64,000 bases of DNA, taken from Chlorokybus atmophyticus. Its lineage: Eukaryota > Plantae > Mesostigma and Chlorokybus algae. The position numbers and the translations under genes are program-made. The notes beneath the pieces were generated by a model, which was not told where the DNA came from, made no database searches, and saw only the letters and a program-made list of their open reading frames with translations. This document shows positions 38,301-49,291 of the stretch, piece after piece. The DNA lies in the NCBI GenBank assembly GCA_009103225.1, contig RHPI01003599.1:1-64000 (forward strand), given 5' to 3'. Numbering within the stretch: position 1 is the first letter of the stretch; each line of letters opens with the position of its first letter.

Positions 38301-38499
38301 GTGGTAGAAAGCGCTTGTGCAAGCGGGTTTCGAGCATAGCTGTGTCGCGGATGTGTTCCCGCCACGACCGTTGGCTGGAGGAGGGTCAAAAAAGCTAAGT
38401 GATGCACTGCTGAATGGTTGAACAGTACCACTCTGTGTGTACCTGGTAGAGTTGTCGCTTGAGTCAAATGGATCTGGCTTGATAGCGCAGAGGCCTGAA

Positions 38500-40012
38500 C
38501 CACACGAAAGCCAACCTTGTTACGATTGTCGAGAGATTGCCGAGCTTGCGATGACGCGCTGAGATGCACATGATCATGGCGCAAGTCCCATACTTAGCCA
38601 CGACGGGTTTATCTTTCGCGTCCATGCACCTTGTAAGGGAGTAGTTGCGCTGCAGCGCAAGCAGCAGAGGTAGAAAATGCAGACTTGTCAGCTGCTATGT
38701 GGCAAGTAGCATCTGAGTCTAGATCCCAGGTCTGAACAGATCTCAAAGTGCTGGTAGTACAAGCAACGGGTTTGTCTTGGTTCTTCACGCCCTCTAGCTT
38801 CCCTAGCTTCTTCCAACACCTCTCTTCACCATGTCCCAACATCTTACAGAAGTTGCACTTCCACACCTTTATTTTTTCCCTCTCTTCTTCTTTTCAGAAC
38901 CGCCTGAACTTGAAGAACTAGCTCCAGCACTTGGTTTGGAGCTGTAACCGGGCTTGGAAATAAAAGCAACAGCATCCGAAGCCTCCTCCTTCTTCTTGAG
39001 TCTCGGCTCAACATGAAGCAATCTTGGTATCACCTCATCTAATGTGGGTCAGTCTCAAGGCCTTCCAACACCGTGTTCAAGGTGTCAAACTCAGGCAGGT
39101 CTGGTAGTCCTGAAAGTACAGCCCAATCAACTTTAGACTCCTTCAGCTCGCTGCCCACGCTAAAAATGTGCTACTAAAGCTCTCTAGCCCTAGAGAAGTA
39201 CTTGGTGACAGTCTACTCGACTCTTTCTTCAAGGTATGAGGTCGCGCCTGAGCTGGACACGCCTAGCATTGTTCTAAGCCTTGAATGAGTTTGACAGCTT
39301 ATCTCAAGCCTGTCTAGAAGTAGAACAAGCATCCAATGCCACCAAATGTATGTCCCTCATGTTCAAACCAATGTGTGCAAGTGCTTTCCTAAAGTTTTGC
39401 TTCCACACGATGCTCTAGCTTATGGGGTATGCTTCGTCCGGGTTCGTGAAGTCCCATAAGCCCTTGTGCTCGAACAACCACTTCATGCGGCTGCTCCAAG
39501 TGCTGTCGTTGTCCTCTCTCAACGGCTCAATCACCATCTTGTCATAGCTGATCGTCATGGTTAAAAACCTCCGCCCTCACAGCAGTCTCAGGCTCCCAAA
39601 CCTCTACAGTCTCACCCAAACGGCTAGACTAAGACCAAACTACTATCAACAATGGTTTCTCCGCCAAGATGCCTACACAAGCTGAAAACCTAGCGTACGT
39701 GGGCCTATAACCTGCTGAGATGAGACATATCTAGGTGTGGATGCACCAACCCAACACACTCAAATAGTCTGTGCTAGCAAGATCACACCAAACCAAACCA
39801 GGCCAGACCAACACTGCCAGACCCACGCGCAGACCACCAGTTCTACCGCCACCAGACTCAAGCATAAGCAAAGTGAACCATGTTAAACGTGTGTGGGTGT
39901 CCTCGTATACCCAAACAGCTGTAACAACTGCCAAGAACTTAATATACAAGCTCAAGCTTGTATACAAGGCGGGTCTGATCGATATCAGACCCAGAAACGG
40001 CTCCAAGTGTCA
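38500..40012 (-). mobile_element. Degenerate Ty1/Copia relic (5' LTR-like segment, PBS, gag, protease start)
   Basis: PBS-like GGTTATAGGCCCAC at 39712-39699. Gag start MTISYDKMVIEPLREDNDSTWSSRMKWLFEHKGLWDF, zinc knuckle CNFCKMLGHGEERC and protease-like WDLDSDATCH. Many stops. Confidence 0.8.
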
Positions 40013-40147
40013 AAACTAGCTAGTCAAAGGAAACTGTTTAGACCAAAGGCGGCTAAGAACGAAGCTTAGCCTAAACCAAGTTGAATGGAGTCAAGAGACG
40101 GCTGAAGCCACGTTTTAAACTCCGACCACCAAGACTTCATTCGGAAG

Positions 40148-41767
40148 ATGCAGGAGGACTCACTTTACTACCAGTTGACGTGGATTAATGCGGAGAGGAG
40201 CAGCTTTAGCAGATCAGCAGCAGCACACTCAAAGGAGATTCAGATCCTGCAGGAGCGCCAGCGCAAAATGAAGAATGTGAGCCTACGGCAGGAGAGGAGC
40301 AGCTTTAGGACATCAGCAGCAGCACACTTAAAGGAGATTTAGAGCCTGCAAGAGCGCCAGCGCAAAGTCGAGGAGCCTCCCTCCAACAGCAGGAGCGTGA
40401 GGAGGCGGACCGCCTACGAAAAGAAAACGTAGAACTGAGTGACCGCCAGCGCCAAGCTAAGGAGGCCATGGAAAAGCTAGGGGAGAGCAGCAGCCAGCTT
40501 CAGCCGCAGGAGGACACACGTTAAAAGGCACGTGAGGAGGCGGACCGCCTACAAAAGGACAATGCCAGCCTCAGCGAGCGCCTGCACCAAGCGGAGGAGG
40601 CAAGGAAAAGCCACAGTTCAGCAATGGAGAATGTTAAAGAACAACTCCGATCGCAGGCCTCTGAACATGAGGCTAGGCGCAAGCTGCAATAAGACGTTGA
40701 CTCCATGAGTGATGAGAAGGACCGCTTGCAATATGTGCTGAGGAAAATAGAGGAGGCCATACCAAAGCCGGTGGGGAGAACAGTGGGTAGCTTCAGCCGC
40801 AGTCGCAAGCTGTGCGCAAGCTACAAACGAAGGTTGAGTCTTTGTGACTGCTGAGAGGAATGACCTGCAAGCGAAGCTGAGCAAAGCAGAGAAGGCCAAG
40901 AAACAGCTTGTTGCGGATAGCAAGAAGCCTGTAACCATGCAGGACCCGGAAGTGAAGAGGGTCAAAGATTAGCTCAATAATTGCTAAAAGACATGTGCTA
41001 TGACACATGCGCAGCTCAGTAACACATAGAATGAGCTCGATATAGCAAAGCGGCAACTGCCTGCAGCTAATGCGCCCACAGGCTATGATAGTGCCCTTGA
41101 GCAGCTCAGCCAAACACAGAAGGAGCTCGAAGACACACAGCGGCGCTTGGCTGCACTAAAAGCTCCCTCAACGCCCGCACTACCGCTAGAGGCTGAACTT
41201 TACGAGGAGCTCTTCGAACAGCAAAGGGAGATTAACGAACTTGGTATGCAGGTCGTAAACTTAAAAGCTGACCGGGAGCTCTTTGAGGGCGTGCTGATTG
41301 ATGAGTGAATGCGAGTTGTGGTGGGTGACTTCCTGGTTGAAAGTCCTAGTGCGTGAGCACGTACGTTGAGCGAAGGAGTGCGGAATACCCAGCTCATAGA
41401 ACAGTCCTTGCAAGGTTGGCAACAGCTCATTGCTTCAGAGCTTGCAATCTGCATACAAGCTCGCAATGCTTGGGCTCAGAAGAACAATCAACCGACGCGA
41501 GACACATGGAAACATGATCCTGTTGCACTGTGTATTTTAATGCAAAACACAGCGCATCATTACCACCGTGACATCAATGCACTGCGTGCAAAGAATGGGC
41601 TCCCTTGGTACACCAACACTTTGGAGGTCTTTGGTGCTCTGCAGCCGGGCCTCACTGAGTTTTTGCTCCTGCTTGATCGGAACATGGCAAACCGATTGTA
41701 TGCACACCTCACTGCGGCACAACGGCAAGTTACGCACCAGGGCCCACACAGCACCATAGCCATTTAG
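40148..41767 (+). pseudogene. Decayed coiled-coil protein gene with internal repeats
   Basis: E/Q/K/R/L-rich frames broken by stops and frameshifts (e.g. ERNDLQAKLSKAEKAKKQL, LEQLSQTQKELEDTQRRLAAL). Near-duplicated ~72-bp blocks at ~40196 and ~40295. Confidence 0.5.
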
Positions 41768-42249
41768 CATGACCTGATCGGCTACTATTTAAGCAAACTG
41801 CCATCAGCTTCACCACCACCACCACCTCCGCCATAGTGTGCACCTATTTAGTTCAGGCCTATATACATAAGTCAGTAGCGCCCATGTACTTGTTTCCGGC
41901 TATAGGTTGAACACATAGTCAGCAACTGCAGGCAGGGCTTATGGGCAACCATTCAGTGTACGTAGCCTGCAGAGCACATGTGCATAACTGTATTGAGTAA
42001 TGTTGCGATCACATGTTCATTGCTTGCCCTGCTTGCTCGGCCATCACATATGCAGTCACATGCACACGCGCACAGTGCGCATAGTTGTCTCATAGGCTGC
42101 AGTTATCCCAACTGGTCTATGACGCAGATACAAACACACGCACTTCACAACCATGCGAATGTAAGTGCAAACATACTCACTTGCTGTCTGCTGGCGTGGC
42201 TGCCAATACATGCGGTGTTGGTTGAAATTCATTCGCCGTCTATGACTTC

Positions 42250-44351
42250 TACCCCTCTCAGTCCATGCAAAGCTGGTTTTGCTGCTCCCTTGCCTTGACC
42301 AGTTGATTTTTGTTATTGCTGAGAAAGGGTCCTCCACCTGGTCACTCGCAGCTGTGCTAACCACCCAAACGCCTTGCCTCCTCCCCCCTGCCTTCTGAAG
42401 GTAGTTGACTACCATATGACCGTTGGACGGCACCTCTTTGACCATAACATCCCAAGGGGGTCATCAAGGTCTTTATCCGAAGGCTCATGCGGAAGTCTAA
42501 AGTTAACAATGGACTTGCTGTTGTGGCGCATCTCCAGGACATCCCCTTTTTTTTGGCCACACAAGCAAGGGGATGTCGGCTGCAGTCACTTTCAACTCTG
42601 TGATGTCATACTTGTACGCTCATTAAATTGCTACATCACGGTTGAGCAATACCCACACTTGCGTTGCAACTGGTCTCCTCTGATGAGCGTACATTCATCT
42701 GCCAAACGTCCAATGCCCTGTGCACCAGTGTCTCTGTCAATCAGGTCATTTCCTATGGCATCACGCTTTTTAGTATAAGGCCGCACTTGCACATGGATAG
42801 TTGACTTCCGTCAATTGAACAGGTTGATCTCAATCACCCAGCATGATGCAACAGTTGGGTTCGCCATCTTTACGTTATCAACGCGTCTGCAAATTCCAGT
42901 ATCAAAGGCTTTACATACAAGACACACGCGTGCATGGCTGTGTCATAAACGGGACTGGCACTGGACAATGCTTATGAGACTTTAAGTCACAGCAATGGAA
43001 TGCATAACTTGTAGGCACTATCCACTGTCTATGAGACTTATAGTCATAGCACTGGAATGCATAACTTGTAGGCACTATCCAGTGTTTATAAGACTTTAGG
43101 TCACATCAATGGAATGCATGGCTCATAGACACTTGATAGTGCCTATGAGAATTTAGGGTACAGCAATGGATTGCATAACTCGTAGACTAAACCACACACC
43201 TGTAGATGACCCCGTTATACAAATATGCGCGAAACTTGCGTACGCCTAAGGTGCCAGTGATATTCTCAACGCGTTTGGTTTTCAAGGCCAACGGTCCCTG
43301 AAAAAGGATAGGCTTCTTGGTGCTGCCAATAAGGATGCCCTATGCTCTGATTGATCGCATATGCTCAAAGTCTAACAATTTCTCAGCAAGGGTCTGAAGC
43401 TCCATAGCGTGCTTTTGAGTGCGCACTTTGTAATGACAGATACTACATGCTCCCCTCAAAGGCTGGTAAACCTACTGAGAGTCCGCCGTTATATCATTAG
43501 CTCGGTGGCACAACAGCTTTTCAATCCGCTGATCTTCTCGCATGCCATTGAGCGTCCTCAGAAACCATCTCCTTAATGCACGCCGCATGTAGCTGTTCTC
43601 AAACTGCTTCCCGTTGGTGAAGGTGTTAATGTAGTTGGACACAGTGCGCTCTTGCATTAAACACCAGTACACATCATGACTCCCGTGCCAGATGATGTCC
43701 TCCAGAATGTGACCGGCACCGGCCACATGCTTGTTGGGCCTTTTGTAGGTGCCAAACAGGTTCTCCAAGTAGACCCTCCAACATTGCAAAATAGCGTCAG
43801 CAAGTTCCGACAGCTCCGTACTCCAGCCATGTAGGTGAGAGCTGAGGAAGAAGATGCGGATGAGCGTTTGAAGCACAAAGCTGACATCTTTGGTTGCTTC
43901 GTATACCAAATTGGATACAGCATATGGCACAGCATACTGCACGAACAGTTGCAAGTCTTGAACCAAGCCAGGTGCTTGCTGATGCCTCATGGGAAACGTT
44001 TGCTCTTCAAGTCCATGGGGCGTGATATGCCCATCTAGGACAGCCTGTGCTCCACTTTGGCAATGTTTTCGACATGTTTTAAACTTTTTGCACCAAGCGT
44101 ACTGTGCACAAAACTCTTGCAAAGCCCTCCAACAACTGGTGCATCGTGTTATAGACGAAGTCACGTCAAGGGTTATAGTGAGTGCGTCGCATTGTGCATC
44201 AGGTAGTGCAGTCTGTATCTGGGGACACATCCCTGTGCATTCGTTGTCACTGTCATCACATAGTGCACACATAAGCACTAGTGTGGTGAGTGGTAGTGGC
44301 ATCAAGACATGCAGTAGAGCACAAACACTCTACCCTGCATACACTTTCACC
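42250..44351 (-). mobile_element. CMC (CACTA/Mirage/Chapaev)-like transposase relic, C-terminal part, 5'-truncated
   Basis: ORF 43472-44305 contains KRPNKH...HILEDIIWHGSHDVYWCLMQERTV...TNGKQFE, resembling the PNxH...HxxxDIxxxG....W...ER motif of CMC transposases. Stop-broken frames continue toward ~42250. Confidence 0.55.
42958..43196. repeat. 57-bp minisatellite, ~4 diverged units
   Basis: Units start at 42969, 43026, 43083 and 43140 (consensus like TGYYTATGAGACTTTAGGTCACAGCAATGGAATGCATAACTTGTAGGCACTATCCAS). Confidence 0.9.
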
Positions 44352-47300
44352 TGTGGACCAGCTGCATGAGCAGGCCCACCCCGTTCTCTCCAATAAACGA
44401 CCTCGGCAGCTAGAGCCCAACCTCCAATCTCACCTACGAGCGGACCAGTGACGGGAGCAACAATTGCAGCAGCAGAGACTCGCGTTCTGTCTCCGGCGTC
44501 ACTCCGATCCTGTCTACTCCTCGTTATCGAGCTTCCCCACTCTCGTCCGACAGTGACAACTACGAGATGGAGTCTTCCAGCTCAACCACGTCCCTGCGCT
44601 TTTTCAGACGCGCTGGCACCGCCTCGCTGGACGAATTCATCATTAAGTTCCATTCCAAGATGCGACAACAAGCACTGAAGAACAAAGACTAGTCGTATGA
44701 GATTTCTTTTTACATTGCTGCTCAGTATCTGGACCATGAAGCACATGATGTCTGGAAGTCTGCTGCTGAACTGCATCGAGTTGACGGCTATGGCGAGCTC
44801 GCCAGCACCATAGCATCTGCGTCACTGCAAAGTCCAGCAGTTTTCTTTCCGCCTGCCACTCCTACTGCAGTCATCGGTTTGTCCATAGCGGCAGCCATCG
44901 ACAGGGCAGAGGAGGAGGAACCTGGGTTGGTTATCGTCAACCTAACCCCTGCAGAGATTGAAATCAAGACAGCTGCACGACGGGCCTGGATCCTGGATCG
45001 AATTGCTGTTCTTAAAGATCGACGAACTGCAGCCGTTGAGGTGGGCACACCCTTACCTTTGGCAACACCTGGCTCTCGTGCGGGAGGCATTGCTTTCACC
45101 CTCGGGTCAATCGCATTGCGCGCACTAGCCATCACTGTAGGTGCTGCCATCTCTGTCTTTCCACTTAAGGACGTATACGCTGCACTTCGTCGCACCTTCC
45201 CACCGCAGACTACCAGCAAAGTGGAGGAGCTGAGATGGTTTCGGCGCAAGCCCAACGAGGACCCTATACGCCTGTACTCCAGACTGGAAGGGCTGTTGAA
45301 GGATACTGACTACAAGATCCTCAGTGATGAGGCGACTGCAGCGGTGTATGTCAATGAGTTGGATGCCACCCTGAGCGAGTCGACGCGCCTGACCCTGAAC
45401 TACAGCAGGCCCCTTGGCTACACGCTCAAGGAAGCTTTTATGACTGCACAAGCCATCCATAAGCGCTTGGTGTATGAGAAGGCAGTGCTGGACACCAACC
45501 TCAGTGCCTGACGGACTGTAGCCAGCATAACTAACAAGCCTCCTCGCCGCGAACGTGGACGGGACGCTCCACCAGCATGCGACAAAGGGAAACGGTCAGC
45601 TCATACTGCTTTGCCTGCCCCTGTGCTGTGTCATCGCTATGGACGGCATGGGCACTACAAAAAGGAGTGCACCGAAGAGTACTCAACCCTAGTCTGCAAC
45701 TACTGTTACAAGACAGGCCACTTGGAGTCAGTCTGCTGGCCCAAGTTCCCGGAGTTAGGACCTGCCAACAGCTACAACGGCAACTACTCTGATGGCTACA
45801 ACAGCAACAACACTGGAGGCCACAACAGCAACAACTCTGGTGGCTACAACAGCAACCATGCTGGAGGCCATAACAACAACAACAACTACGCCAATGATTG
45901 CAAGGAAGAGCAAGGCTACAGGGGAAAGAAACGTCCTCCTCAGCGCAAGGGACTGGAAGGACGTCCGCGCGCTGCTGCTGTTGCCGTCAAGGCTCCAGCC
46001 AACCCACTAGGATGACCATATTGCTGCCCTCATGGCGCGTATGGCACGCTTTGAGGAAGACAAGGAGCAGGACTACTGCCTGCTACTCTGCCCGATGGGC
46101 ATTGATGGCTCCGAAGCCCACGAGAGACACCAGCACTCCGTCGTGCGTATAATCATCCCGACGAGCTCGAGGGCAAGCCGCAACATCATCAGCAGCTACC
46201 TCCTCTTAAGCCACTAGTGGTGCTGCACCAGCAGCAACAGCTACACCGGCTACGACGTCGACTCCGTCAACGTCAGCAGCAACTACACCAGTTGCACAAA
46301 AAGTTAGTGCATCAGTGGGCATCGTGACGCCAACACTGGTGAGCACGCTGGCGACAGCCACTGCTGTCACCGACCTTGCAATAGTAGGTCGCACCGGTCC
46401 CGCTCCAACTGCAGGACCACCAATGTCAGCGAGCGTTGAGATCACTCTCGCGCCACTTAGCGGCACTCTCGCATCCACCGCCGGTGCCATCATCGAGCCC
46501 GCTGCCATTGCAGCACGCACGCAGCTACATTGCCCGTCCTCGACGTCATCCAGGCTGTCCCGCGAGGTCAGCAAGCTGAGCGCGCATGGGAGACCATCAT
46601 GCGTGGAGCATCTCCCACCACCATTGTTTTTGGGCATGGAGGAGAGCGCACACCGCGCGTCGAATGCAGTCATAGCGTCTTCCTAGTGCCTGAATATCAC
46701 ACCCTGCCAGAATTGACTCAGCGGCAACTGGAGGATGAAATCCTCGCCGGCACGGCGCCTCCCATTTGAGACCGCATTTTTGTGGTCAGAACACATGTTG
46801 TACTGGATTTGGCACTACAGCTGTTCTGGACTCTGCATAACAACATGCAGACTGCACCAAGCCAGCCCGCACCAGGCCGTCATGAACCTTTCGAGCCAAG
46901 CCCGCTGAACACGTATTGAGACCGGCAACCCAACGTACAGCAGCACATCTGATACAGCTGACATGCCTTTGGGTGATAGCGAAGCACGGAGACCCCTCAG
47001 TACCGTTCGGCTTTACGAGCGCTAAACCGCTGTAGAACAAGCGTTCACATGGCGGCAGAACCAAACGAGAGAAATCAACGCTAGAGCGCAAACCCTTGCT
47101 ACTGCTCGCGCTTCCGTTCTTCAACCGACAATCGCTGGCCCATTGTCCAGCATGACACCTCTCGTCGTTGAGCCCGACATTGACCAGGCGAGGGCGCTGG
47201 CCCAACAAACTAGGGGGGTGATCGCCCCTTTACTACCCGCCTTGTTGGACAACTTTTCGAACGATCAACGAGATCCAGGGAGAGGCTACCTCACACCACA

Positions 47301-47905
47301 AGGGTGTACAGAATGGAATGGAGCAGGCTCAGTCAAAGAACAGCAACTTCGCACTACGTTGTTTCGACAAGCAGCAATGCTACATCGACAAGAGGGCATC
47401 GGCCTGAGACGGATGATGGGGATGCGAGAAGGTGGCAATGCAGCTCGAGCAAGACTAGTGACTTGGCTAGTCACCAATCACCCCGCAACCCCTCTGTTCG
47501 CATACAGCATCAGGTTGTTATGGTTGGACGCCTTCCTTCGCTTGCTACGGCAAGCCTATGACGAGGTTGCCTCGGCAGCCACTGACATCTTAGAAAGAGC
47601 TCAAGAGGCCATACTGAGGCTGCCAGGGGTGGAAGCAGCACAACAATGCAGACGCATCGCAGCTGCTTATGAGCAGCATGTCCAATAGCCAGAGATTTAC
47701 CTCACTGTGCGGGCACGAGCAACAACGGTGCTAGAAGTGGGGGTGGTCAATGGCAGATGGGATGCCTACATGGCAGGGATCATAAGGGTTCCCACCGTTA
47801 CCCACGACATAAGAGCGCGGTGTATCTCCAGCCCATGCCTTAAAATTATCGCTGGAGTGACGTGGTCAACAATCCAGCAGCCACATGGGAAGGTACATTG
47901 GTCAG
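44352..47905 (+). mobile_element. Ty3/Gypsy copy 1: putative 5' LTR, gag with two CCHC knuckles and extra domain; 3'-truncated
   Basis: Homologous along ~2.3 kb to the minus-strand element at 61450-63990 (e.g. PVLCHRYGRHGHYKKEC...CNYCYKTGHLESVC; GRGYLTPQG; RARLVTWLV). Tentative TG...CA LTR at 44352-44552. Homology stops exactly where the repeat at 47906 begins. Confidence 0.8.
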
Positions 47906-48147
47906 TGCCGGGTCGAGGGGAGTCGAGGGTCACGCTGTCTCGGACAGCTGCATGGACAGCCATGCTGTGCTGAACATGCTGCTGCGCCACCTGTGTAACG
48001 CATAGCAAAAACAGAAAGATGACCTCCACCCTCATGGTGACAAGTGCTTCATGCAGCTGGTGTGCTGCTGCTGGGTAGTACGGGCAGATGAAGTCGGTGT
48101 TCTCTCTGCGAACATGCTGTGCTGTAGCATACAACATCAACAAGCCA
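47906..48147 (-). repeat. Gypsy LTR copy A (242 bp, TG...CA)
   Basis: Direct repeat of 48748-48989 with 4 mismatches. Confidence 0.88.
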
Positions 48148-48747
48148 CTACGATAGGTAGTGCTGTTTACACAGTTCTTTGCGTGAGTGGAAGAGAAATT
48201 ACATTGTTAAGTGAGGTGAATAAATGTGGTGAATGCAAGCAACACGTGGATGCCCTGATTGAGGCCAACAAGCGCACCGCGACCAAGTACACAAAGCTCA
48301 CAGCCAGGACAAGCACAGTGCACAAGAACATGCACAGGCTCTCACACGGTGAGGGGAATCTTGGGAACCAGGACGGTGTGTTTCGTAGTTCAAGTCGCTT
48401 CACAAGCTCTTAGCTTTCTCACTTACAGTGTCACCAGCTGATCCGGTGAACACTGTGCCTACTTATACAAGTCAACTCATGACTGTCCAGAACATAAGCT
48501 AACGGTCATATCGAGGCTATTTTCACAGGAAATTCCCACTCGATATAGAACCTGACTTATAACTGAACTCACAGCTGAACAGCTACGCGCGGTGCCTATG
48601 TAGACTATGGTCACGAGCTACTCTAGAGACATGACCTAGCTACTGGTCAGAGACGCGCGCGGGTTGCCATGCTGGTAAGCCGGGTGAGGGTCTCGCTGTC
48701 GGCATGCCCGATGATGACTGGCATGCTTGGGCGATAGGCATGACAGC

Positions 48748-48989
48748 TGTCGGGTCGAGGGGAGTCGAGGGTCACGCTGTCTCGGACAGCAGCATGGACA
48801 GCCATGCTGTGCTGAACATGCTGCTGCGCCACCTGTGTAACGCGTAGCAAAAACAGAAAGATGACCTCCACCCTCATGGTGACAAGTGCTTCGTGCAGCT
48901 GGTGTGCTGCTGCTGGGTAGTACGGGCAGATGAAGTCGGTGTTCTCTCTGCGAACATGCTGTGCTGTAGCATACAACATCAACAAGCCA
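48748..48989 (-). repeat. Gypsy 3' LTR copy B (242 bp, TG...CA)
   Basis: On the minus strand it is preceded by a G7 polypurine tract (48990-48996) directly after the PHD-coding end of pol. Confidence 0.88.
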
Positions 48990-49064
48990 CCCCCCCTGGG
49001 CTCTGGGGAAGGTTCCAGCTCCAGAGCTCAGCTGCTAACGCAAGTGAGGAGGGCCGTTGGTACG

Positions 49065-49199
49065 GCAATCGTCGCACTAATACTCCTCCATAGGTATCGT
49101 GTCCAAAGGTGGCTCCAGGCAGTAGCAATGTAGGCCCTTGTTGCAGCCATCGCAGAGCATCATGAGTGCGTCGTCGCCGGCGCTGCCGCAGTGTTCACA
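49065..49199 (-). pseudogene. PHD finger at the C-terminus of Gypsy integrase
   Basis: CEHCGSAGDDALMMLCDGCNKGLHCYCLEPPLDTIPMEEY*CDDC is a C4-H-C3 finger, with one TAG probably derived from TGG. Confidence 0.9.
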
Positions 49200-49291
49200 G
49201 CGTGTGCTGCGCGCGGGACGAGGGTGCTGGATACGCCCGAAGCCGGCTACGCAAGGAAGGTGACATGGCGCACAGCTCACCATGTTGTCCT

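Noticed and set aside
37477-38584. Minus-strand ORFs 37477-37758, 37768-38178 and 38120-38584 as genes
   Set aside because: Splice signals favour the plus strand, no motifs were recognised, and part of the region overlaps the Copia relic.
42958-43196. CRISPR-like array
   Set aside because: Contiguous diverged 57-bp units without unique spacers, in a eukaryote: a minisatellite.
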